Positions 26,086 through 35,961 of a stretch of DNA of 35,961 nucleotides are shown here, piece by piece. Where the stretch lies: contig JAJXVM010000001.1 in the NCBI GenBank assembly GCA_021782135.1, positions 1 through 35,961 on the forward strand, given 5' to 3'. A program made the position numbers and the translations under genes. Positions within the stretch are counted from its first letter, which is position 1; the number at the start of each line of letters is the position of its first letter. A model generated the notes under the pieces. That model saw only the letters and a list, made by a program, of their open reading frames with translations, had not been told where the DNA came from and did no database searches. This DNA comes from Myxococcales bacterium (GTDB taxonomy: Bacteria; Myxococcota; Myxococcia; Myxococcales; Anaeromyxobacteraceae).

Positions 26086-28933
<2,848 letters not shown>

Positions 28934-28960
28934 TCCTCGCCGGCCTCCGCTGAAGATCGG

Positions 28961-28991
28961 GGCCGCCGCTCCCTCCACGGGGGCGGCGGCC
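28961..28991. terminator. GC-rich hairpin between convergent genes, candidate terminator
   Basis: GGCCGCCGCTCCC-TCCAC-GGGGGCGGCGGCC, a 13-bp stem with one G-U pair and only a short U tail. Confidence 0.6.
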
Positions 28992-29026
28992 CTTCACTCG
29001 CGGGCGCAGGCGCGGGGCTCAGCCGG

Positions 29027-30370
29027 TCAGTGCAGCACCGCGTTCGGGAGCCAGGTGGCGATGCCCGGGAAGACGCAGAGCAGCACCACCGCCCCCGCCA
29101 TCAGCCCCACGAACGGCATCACGCCCCAGACGATCTCCTTGAGCGGGATGTCCGGGGCGACGTTCTTGATGACGAAGATGTTGAGCCCCACCGGCGGGTG
29201 GATGAGCCCCATCTCCATGACCACGGTCATCACCACCCCGAACCAGACCAGGTCGAACCCGGCGGCCCGGAGCGGCGGCAGGATGATGGGCGCGGTCATG
29301 AGGATGATCGAGACCGGCGGCAGGAAGAAGCCGAGGACCACCACGAAGACCAGGATGGCGGCGAGGAGCACCCAGCGCGAGAGGTGCATCGCCACGATCG
29401 ACTCGGCGGCCGACTGGCTGATGTGCAGGTAGCTCATCACGTACGAGTAGAGGAGCGACATGCCGATGATGAACAGCAGCATGGTGGACTCCCTCACCGT
29501 CCCGGCGAGGATCGGCTTGAGGTCGCGCGCCCGCCAGACCCGGTAGATGACGGCGATGAGCCCGAGCGCCAGGATCGCGCCCAGGCCGGCGGTCTCGGAG
29601 GGGGTCGCGAACCCGCCGTAGAGCGCCACCATGACGCCGATGAGCAGGAGCACGAAGGGCGCCACCTTGGGCAGCATGCGCACCTTCTCGGAGAGCGTCA
29701 GCTCCTTCTCGTCGAGGTGGGCCGGCCGCTCCCCGCCGCGCTCGTAGGCGGCGAGCGCGGCCGCGCGCTCCCGGGTGAACCGCAGCGCGGTGTAGCCGGC
29801 GAAGAGCGACACCAGCAACACGCCCGGGCCGACCCCGGCGAGGAAGAGCCGCCCCAGCGACTGCTCGGAGGCCACCGCGAAGAGGATCATGGTGATCGAG
29901 GGCGGCAGCAGGATCCCGAGCGTCCCGCCGGCGGCGATGATCCCGGCGGCGAGCCGGGGCGAGTACCCGCGGGCGCGCATCTCGGGGATGCCGGCGCTGC
30001 CGATGGCCGAGGCGGTGGCGGGGCTGGAGCCGGCCATGGCGGCGAAGAGCGCGCAGGCGAAGACGTTGGCGATCCCCAGGCCGCCGGGGATGCGCCTCAT
30101 CCAGGCGTGGATGGCCGAGTAGAGGTCGGCGCCGGCGCGGGACTTGCCGATCGCCGCCCCCTTGAGGATGAAGAGCGGGATCGAGAGCAGGGTGATGCTC
30201 GACATCTCCTCGTAGACGTTCTGGGTGACGGTGTCGAGCGCCGCCCCGGGCATGAAGAAGTACATGAACACCACCGCCACCGTGCCGAGCGCGAAGGCGA
30301 TGGGGATCCCCGAGAACATCAGCAGCAGGGTCGTGGCGCCGTACAGGGCGCCGATGGTGGCGACCGTCAT
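29027..30370 (-). CDS. dctM: TRAP transporter large permease (malonate MatM-like)
   Basis: LLSIPLFIL, GGTLGILLPPS, ATPSET, HPPVGLNIFV. Confidence 0.93.
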   Translation of the reverse strand: MTVATIGALYGATTLLLMFSGIPIAFALGTVAVVFMYFFMPGAALDTVTQNVYEEMSSITLLSIPLFILKGAAIGKSRAGADLYSAIHAWMRRIPGGLGIANVFACALFAAMAGSSPATASAIGSAGIPEMRARGYSPRLAAGIIAAGGTLGILLPPSITMILFAVASEQSLGRLFLAGVGPGVLLVSLFAGYTALRFTRERAAALAAYERGGERPAHLDEKELTLSEKVRMLPKVAPFVLLLIGVMVALYGGFATPSETAGLGAILALGLIAVIYRVWRARDLKPILAGTVRESTMLLFIIGMSLLYSYVMSYLHISQSAAESIVAMHLSRWVLLAAILVFVVVLGFFLPPVSIILMTAPIILPPLRAAGFDLVWFGVVMTVVMEMGLIHPPVGLNIFVIKNVAPDIPLKEIVWGVMPFVGLMAGAVVLLCVFPGIATWLPNAVLH

Positions 30371-30924
30371 CGGGCGTCCTCCCGGGCGGCGAAGTGGGAC
30401 ACGAGCTGGAGCAGCAGCCTCAGGGTGACGAGCGTCATCCCCCCGGCCATCAGGCCGTACGGGATCCAGAGCGGCGGCGCCCACTCCGAGGAGGTGGTCT
30501 GGTGCTCCACCACCGCGTCGCGCAGCAGCGTCCAGGACTTCCAGGAGAAGAACGAGCAGAAGAGCATGGAGATCAGGTCGGAGCAGATCACCCGCCAGCG
30601 CTCGAGCCAGGGCGGGAGGACGGCCGAGAGCGCGGCGATGCCGACGTGCCCGCGCTGGGACTGGACGTAGGCGCCGGAGAGGAAGGTGGCGCCGACGATG
30701 AGGAACACCGAGGCCTCGTCCTGCCAGTCGGTCGGGATCTTGAGCAGGTAGCGCGTCACCACGCTGTACGTGAGCACGCCCGCCGCGCCGAGCAGCGCCA
30801 GCGAGGCGAGCCCGAGCAGCTTCTCCTCGACCCAGCGCATCGCCCGCGCGCAGGCGGCCAGCACCCCGACGCGCGGCAGCTCGACCGACGGGACCCGCTC
30901 CCCCACCTCGATCCCGTGGCTCAT
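30367..30924 (-). CDS. dctQ: TRAP transporter small permease
   Basis: VVTRY...PTDWQDE...RGHVG...PLWIPY. ATGA overlaps with both neighbours. Confidence 0.9.
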   Translation of the reverse strand: MSHGIEVGERVPSVELPRVGVLAACARAMRWVEEKLLGLASLALLGAAGVLTYSVVTRYLLKIPTDWQDEASVFLIVGATFLSGAYVQSQRGHVGIAALSAVLPPWLERWRVICSDLISMLFCSFFSWKSWTLLRDAVVEHQTTSSEWAPPLWIPYGLMAGGMTLVTLRLLLQLVSHFAAREDAR

Positions 30925-31952
30925 GCCGTGCGCTCCGCCAACTGGAGGAGCTTCGCGCAGCGCTCGTTGCGGGCGGCGTAGTCCTTCCAGGCCGTGCGGC
31001 GGGCGATCTCCTGCCAGCGCCGGACGGTGGCCTCGGAGAGGTCGTAGGTCTTCGCGCCCGCCTTGGCGTAGGCCTCGGCGACCCGCTGGTCGTCGGCCTT
31101 CGCCTCCTTGAGCCCGAACTGCTCCATCTCGGCGCCGACGCTCATCACGATCGACTGCATGTCCTTGGGCAGCCGCTCGAAGGTGTCGCGCGACAGGATG
31201 AGCGGCTCGAGCATGAACCAGTAGGCCTTCCCCCGGCCGGTGACGAGGTGCTTCGACACCTCCTCCAGCCGGAAGGAGATGAGGCTGGTGGAGGAGGTCA
31301 TGGCCCCGTCGAGCGCGCCGGTCTGCATGGCCGCGTAGATCTCGTTCGAGGGGAGCGAGATCACGGCGGAGCCGGCGGCCTTGAGGACGGTGTCCATCTC
31401 GCGGCTGCCGCCCCGGACCTTCTGGCCGCGGGCGTCCTCCGGCTCGATGATGGGCTTCGCGCGGCAGGCCACGCCGCCGGCCTGCCACATCCAGGTCACG
31501 ATGAGGACGCCCTTGTCGGCGAGCAGGTTGGAGAGGTACTTGCCGACCTCGGCCCGCGGCCAGGCCATGCCCTGCTCGTAGGAGGTGACCACCCCGGGCA
31601 TGAGGCCGATGTTGAGCTCGGGCATCTCCCCGCCGGCGTAGGAGATGGGGTAGAGGCTCATGTCGAGCGCGCCCTTGCGGACGGCGCTGAACTGGGCGTT
31701 GGTCTTCATGAGCGACGAGCCCGGGTAGACCACCGCGTCGAGCGCGCCGTTGGTCCGCTTCGAGACCTCGGCGGCGAAGCGGCGGCACATCCGATCGCGG
31801 AAGTCGCCCTGGTCGATGGTGCCGCCCGGGAACTGGTGGGAGATCTTGAGCTGGCGCTTCTCGGCGGCGAAGGCGCGGCTGCCGAGCAGCGCCATCGCGG
31901 GGGCTCCGAGAAACCCGGCCAGCAAGCTCCTGCGCGTCATCGTCCGGCTCAT
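30921..31952 (-). CDS. dctP: TRAP substrate-binding protein with twin-arginine signal
   Basis: TRRSLL leader, ISHQFPGG, VYPGSSL, KVRGG, EIYAAMQTGALDG. Confidence 0.92.
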   Translation of the reverse strand: MSRTMTRRSLLAGFLGAPAMALLGSRAFAAEKRQLKISHQFPGGTIDQGDFRDRMCRRFAAEVSKRTNGALDAVVYPGSSLMKTNAQFSAVRKGALDMSLYPISYAGGEMPELNIGLMPGVVTSYEQGMAWPRAEVGKYLSNLLADKGVLIVTWMWQAGGVACRAKPIIEPEDARGQKVRGGSREMDTVLKAAGSAVISLPSNEIYAAMQTGALDGAMTSSTSLISFRLEEVSKHLVTGRGKAYWFMLEPLILSRDTFERLPKDMQSIVMSVGAEMEQFGLKEAKADDQRVAEAYAKAGAKTYDLSEATVRRWQEIARRTAWKDYAARNERCAKLLQLAERTA

Positions 31953-31965
31953 GGGTGCGTCTCCT

Positions 31966-33507
31966 CTACGAGAGGGTGCTGCCGTGCCGGCGCGCTCCGC
32001 CGGCCGTACCGCGGGTCGCGAGCGCCTGGCGCAGGGCGGTCTTGAGGACCTTGCCCATGGCGTTGCGGGGCAGCTCGTCGACGAAGTGGATCTCCTTCGG
32101 CACCTTGTAGGCGGCGAGCCGCTCGCGCAGCGCCGCCAGGATGGCGGGCGCCTCCAGGGTCGGGTCGCGGCGCACCACCGCCGCGGTCACCGCCTCGCCG
32201 AAGTCGTGGTGGGGCAGCCCCACCACCGCGCTCTCGGCGACGCCGGGCAGGGCGTCGATGGCGAGCTCGACCTCCTTCGGGTAGACGTTGAAGCCGCCGG
32301 TGATGACCAGGTCCTTGGCGCGGCCGACCAGGGTGAGGTAGCCGTCGCGCCCGAGGACGCCGAGGTCGCCGGTGCGGAACCAGCCGTCCGCCGTGAGGTC
32401 CTCGGCGGTCTTCTCGGGGTTTTGCCAGTAGCCCTTCATCACCGCCGAGCCGCGGATCTGGACCCCGCCCACCTCGCCGGGCGCGAGCGGGACGTCGGCC
32501 ACGTCGGCGACGCGCACCTCGACCCCGTCCACCGGCAGGCCGACGCTGCCCGGGCGGCGCTCGCCCCGCAGCGGGTTGGAGGTGATGACCACCGCCTCGG
32601 TCATCCCGTAGCGCTCGAGGACGGCGTGGCCGCTGCGCTCCCGGAACTCGGCGGCGGTCTCGGCGAGGAGCGGCGCCGAGCCGGAGACGAACAGGCGCAC
32701 GCCCCGGCAGGCCGCGGCGTCGAGCCCGGGCAGCTCGAGGAGCCGGGTGTAGAAGGTCGGCACGCCCATCATCACCGTGGCGCGGGGGAGCAGCGCCAGC
32801 ACCTCGGCGGCGGAGAAGCGGTTCACGAAGAGCATCGCGCTTCCGGAGAGGAGCGCGCAGTGCGCGGCGATGAAGAGCCCGTGGGCGTGGAAGATGGGGA
32901 GGGCGTGGAGGAGCCGGTCCTCCGGGCCGAAGCCCCAGAGCCGGGTCAGCGCCTCGCCGTTGCTGGCGAGGTTCCCGTGGGTGAGCATCGCGCCCTTCTG
33001 CCGGCCGGTGGTCCCCGAGGTGTAGAGGATGGCGGCGAGGTCGTCCGGGGCGCGCGCGGCGGTCTCGAACGCGGCCGGCTGGCCGGCGGCGAGGTCGGCG
33101 AAGCTGCCGCGCCCCGCGCCGTCGAGCGTGAGGCAGGCGCGGACGCCGGCGGCCTTCGCGAGCGGCGCCTTGCGCGCGTGGTCCTCGGGGGCGCAGAGCA
33201 GGAGCGCCGGGCGGGCGTCGCCGAGGAAGTACTCGAGCTCCGCCGGCGGGTAGGCGGTGTTGAGCGGCAGGTAGACGGCGCCCAGCCGCAGCGCGCCCAG
33301 GTAGACGCAGAACGCCTCCGGCGACTTCTCCACCTGGGCCGCGACCCGGTCGCCGGGGGCGACCCCGGCCGCGCGGAGCGCGTTCGCGTAGCGTCCGGTG
33401 GTGGCGAGCAGGTCGGCGTACGTCCAGCGCTCGCCGGAGGGCGTCTCGAGGAAGGTCGCCGCCGGGCGGGCGCGCGACTCGAAGAGAGCGAACAGGTTGC
33501 CGTTCAT
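31966..33507 (-). CDS. matB: Malonyl-CoA synthetase
   Basis: VEKS, PLNTAY, YTSGTTGRQKG, GVPTFYTRL, ERYGMTE, FRTGD, PRNAMGKV, in malonate gene context. Confidence 0.92.
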   Translation of the reverse strand: MNGNLFALFESRARPAATFLETPSGERWTYADLLATTGRYANALRAAGVAPGDRVAAQVEKSPEAFCVYLGALRLGAVYLPLNTAYPPAELEYFLGDARPALLLCAPEDHARKAPLAKAAGVRACLTLDGAGRGSFADLAAGQPAAFETAARAPDDLAAILYTSGTTGRQKGAMLTHGNLASNGEALTRLWGFGPEDRLLHALPIFHAHGLFIAAHCALLSGSAMLFVNRFSAAEVLALLPRATVMMGVPTFYTRLLELPGLDAAACRGVRLFVSGSAPLLAETAAEFRERSGHAVLERYGMTEAVVITSNPLRGERRPGSVGLPVDGVEVRVADVADVPLAPGEVGGVQIRGSAVMKGYWQNPEKTAEDLTADGWFRTGDLGVLGRDGYLTLVGRAKDLVITGGFNVYPKEVELAIDALPGVAESAVVGLPHHDFGEAVTAAVVRRDPTLEAPAILAALRERLAAYKVPKEIHFVDELPRNAMGKVLKTALRQALATRGTAGGARRHGSTLS

Positions 33508-33560
33508 CGAGGGAGGTCCTCGCCGCGTTCACCTGCTTTTCGAACCCTGCATATTGCACT

Positions 33561-33570
33561 TTGTATACAC
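33561..33570. promoter_or_regulatory. GntR (MatR/MdcY-type) operator upstream of matB
   Basis: TTGTATACAC with palindromic core TGTATACA. Confidence 0.8.
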
Positions 33571-33639
33571 GTTGCCGATTGGTCAACAGCCGACGACATC
33601 CCTGAGGGGGCGGGACGGACAATCGGCCCCTGCCCGGGT

Positions 33640-34332
33640 CTACTTGCCCGTCCGCCGCCGCTCGCCGTCGTCGGGAGTCGCCAGGAGCGTCACCAGGTCC
33701 GCGAACCGATCGCCTTGCACCTGTACGTGCGCCCGCACCCGCGCGGCGGCGAGGTCTCCGTCCCCGCGCTGGATGGCGTCGATCACCCCGGCGTGCTCGC
33801 CGAACGAGGCCCCCATCCGGCCCGGCACCCGGAGCTGCAGCCGCCGGTAAGTGCGCAGCCGCTGGTGGAGCGCCGTCGCCTGCTCCGTGAGGAAGCCGTT
33901 GTGGCAGGACCGGTAGAGCGCCAGGTGAAACTGCTCGTTGAGCCGGAAGTAGGCCTCGGCGTCGTCGGCCCGCACCGCCGGCTCGCAGGCGTCGTGCGCC
34001 GCCGCGAGCGCCCGGTGGTCCTCCGGTGTCGCGCGGGCGGCCGCCAGCCGGGCGCAGATCGCCTCGAGCTCGCCCATGACGTCGAACATCTCCCGGAGCC
34101 GGTCGGGGGGAATGGAGGCGACCACCGCGCCTCGCCGGGGGCGCGTCTCCACGAAGCCGGCCGCCGAGAGCTGGATGAGCGCCTCGCGGATGGGCGTCCG
34201 GGAGACGCCGAACTCGTTCGCGAGCTCGATCTCGTCGAGCCGCGCGCCGGGCGCGTACTCGCCGACCGCGATCCGCTCCGCGATCCGGTCGCGGAGCTGC
34301 TCCGAGAGCTTCAGGCCGATGATCTGGTTCAT
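33640..34332 (-). CDS. GntR/FadR-family regulator (MatR/MdcY-like)
   Basis: GVSRTPIREAL, NEQFH, EH..VIDAI. Confidence 0.92.
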   Translation of the reverse strand: MNQIIGLKLSEQLRDRIAERIAVGEYAPGARLDEIELANEFGVSRTPIREALIQLSAAGFVETRPRRGAVVASIPPDRLREMFDVMGELEAICARLAAARATPEDHRALAAAHDACEPAVRADDAEAYFRLNEQFHLALYRSCHNGFLTEQATALHQRLRTYRRLQLRVPGRMGASFGEHAGVIDAIQRGDGDLAAARVRAHVQVQGDRFADLVTLLATPDDGERRRTGK

Positions 34333-34362
34333 GCTTCACCCCCGTCCGGCGATTGAGGATGC

Positions 34363-34420
34363 AGTATACAAGACCCTTCAGGGAAGCCTGGCTTTTCCGG
34401 TCTATCTGTATACAGTATGC
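34363..34420. promoter_or_regulatory. GntR operators in the gntR/mdcA divergent region
   Basis: AGTATACAA (34363-34371), CTGTATACAG (34406-34415) and an overlapping degenerate CAGTATGCAG. Confidence 0.8.
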
Positions 34421-34477
34421 AGCAAAGAGCAGCCGCGCCAGAGCAAACGTCGGCAAAACCGGCGAAGGAGCGAGCCA

Positions 34478-35961
34478 GTGACCCCATCCGAGGTGTCCCC
34501 CGCGACGGACCGATGGAGGACCCGCCCCGCGCGGAAGGCGCGGCGGATGGAGCGGATCGCCGGCTGGCTCCAGGGCAAGGTGCTGCCGCGGGAACGGCTG
34601 GTCGAGGCCCTCGGGCAGATCCTCGAGCCGGGGGACCGGGTGGCCCTCGAGGGAAACAACCAGAAGCAGGCCGACTTCCTCTCGCGCTCCCTGGCGCAGC
34701 TCGACCCGGCGCGGGTGCGCGACCTGCACCTGCTCATCTCGAGCATCAGCCGGCCCGAGCACCTCGCCCTCTTCGAGCGCGGCCTCGCCCGCAGGCTCGA
34801 CTTCGCCTACGCCGGCCCGCAGAGCCTGCGGGTGGCGCAGCTGCTCGAGGACGGCAAGCTCGAGATCGGCGCCATCCACACCTACGTCGAGCTCTACGCC
34901 CGGATGTTCGTGGACCTCACGCCGCAGGTGGCGCTGGTCTGCGCGGAGCGGGCCGACGCCGCGGGCAACCTCTTCACCGGCCCCAACACCGAGGACACGC
35001 CCACCATCGTCGAGGCGGCCGCCTTCCGCCACGGGATCGTGGTGGCGCAGGTGAACGAGCTCGGCGACGAGCTGCCGCGCGTGGACATCCCCGGCTCCTG
35101 GGTGGACGTGGTGGTGGTGGCCGACCGCCCCTTCGCCGTCGAGCCGCTCTTCACCCGCGATCCGCGCCACGTGAACGAGCTGCAGATCCTGATGGCGATG
35201 ATGGTGATCCGGGGCATCTACGAGCGCCACCGGGTCACCTCGCTCAACCACGGCATCGGCTTCGACACCGCCGCCATCGAGCTGCTGCTCCCCACCTACG
35301 GCGAGTCGCTCGGCCTGCGCGGGCGCATCTGCCGGAACTGGACCCTCAACCCGCACCCGACCCTCATCCCCGCCATCGAGAGCGGCTGGGTGGAGAGCGT
35401 CCACTGCTTCGGCAGCGAGGTGGGGATGGAGGACTACGTGCGGGCGCGGCCGGACGTCTTCTTCACCGGCCCGGACGGCAGCCTGCGCTCGAACCGGGTG
35501 CTCTGCCAGCTCGCCGGCCAGTACGGGGTGGACCTGTTCATCGGCTCCACGCTGCAGATGGACCCGGACGGCAACTCCTCCACCGTGACCCTGGGCCGGC
35601 TCGCCGGCTTCGGCGGCGCGCCCAACATGGGCCACGATCCGCGCGGGCGGCGCCACGCCTCCCCGGCCTGGCTCGACCTCATCACCGCCGAGGGGGACGT
35701 GGTGCGCGGGCGCAAGCTGGTGGTACAGCTCGCCGAGACCTTCCAGAAGGGGGGCCAGCCGGTGCTGGTCGAGTCGCTCGACGCGGTGCAGGTCGGCAAG
35801 GCGAGCGGGATGCCCGTCGCGCCGGTGATGATCTACGGCGACGACGTCACCCACGTCGTGACCGAGGAGGGCATCGCCCACCTCTACAAGGCGACCGGCG
35901 CCGAGGAGCGGCGGGCCGCCCTCGCCGCCGTCGCCGGGGCCACGCCCATCGGGCTGCGCGC
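34478..35961 (+). CDS. mdcA: Malonate decarboxylase alpha subunit; runs off the window end
   Basis: Manual translation from GTG 34478 (AAGGAG RBS): LEGNNQKQADFLS, GAIHTYVELY, GPNTEDTP, LNHGIGFDTAAIELLLPTYG, GFGGAPNMGHDP. Confidence 0.95.
   Translation, partial: MTPSEVSPATDRWRTRPARKARRMERIAGWLQGKVLPRERLVEALGQILEPGDRVALEGNNQKQADFLSRSLAQLDPARVRDLHLLISSISRPEHLALFERGLARRLDFAYAGPQSLRVAQLLEDGKLEIGAIHTYVELYARMFVDLTPQVALVCAERADAAGNLFTGPNTEDTPTIVEAAAFRHGIVVAQVNELGDELPRVDIPGSWVDVVVVADRPFAVEPLFTRDPRHVNELQILMAMMVIRGIYERHRVTSLNHGIGFDTAAIELLLPTYGESLGLRGRICRNWTLNPHPTLIPAIESGWVESVHCFGSEVGMEDYVRARPDVFFTGPDGSLRSNRVLCQLAGQYGVDLFIGSTLQMDPDGNSSTVTLGRLAGFGGAPNMGHDPRGRRHASPAWLDLITAEGDVVRGRKLVVQLAETFQKGGQPVLVESLDAVQVGKASGMPVAPVMIYGDDVTHVVTEEGIAHLYKATGAEERRAALAAVAGATPIGLR

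Overview
Very GC-rich bacterial chromosomal window. Codon style and gene content suggest Anaeromyxobacter-like Myxococcota (inference). It holds about 33 protein-coding genes or remnants; I saw no rRNA, tRNA, CRISPR array or transposase. (1) 1-10.8 kb is a divalent-metal locus: a CDF exporter divergent from a DtxR/MntR-family repressor across a palindromic operator, a short NRAMP remnant, an OprB/MnoP-like porin, a type II NADH dehydrogenase, then a sigma54-type promoter, a 54-aa TolC-like remnant, a tandem-duplicated membrane fusion protein and a CzcA/CusA-family RND pump. (2) 10.8-22.7 kb holds a B12-binding radical SAM protein, two-component genes, an orphan tatA, a Cys-cluster sensor kinase opposite a c-type haem protein, a coupled LPG-synthase-TM/radical SAM pair and several small housekeeping genes. 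(3) 22.8-29 kb holds four exported proteins of unknown function and an isolated bluB. (4) 29-36 kb is a malonate cluster (TRAP, matB, GntR, mdcA) with GTATAC operators. The most unusual signal is the remodelled metal locus: two genes appear hollowed out in frame, the adaptor is doubled and the repressor's metal ligands are altered. All family calls come from motif recognition by eye, not from database searches.
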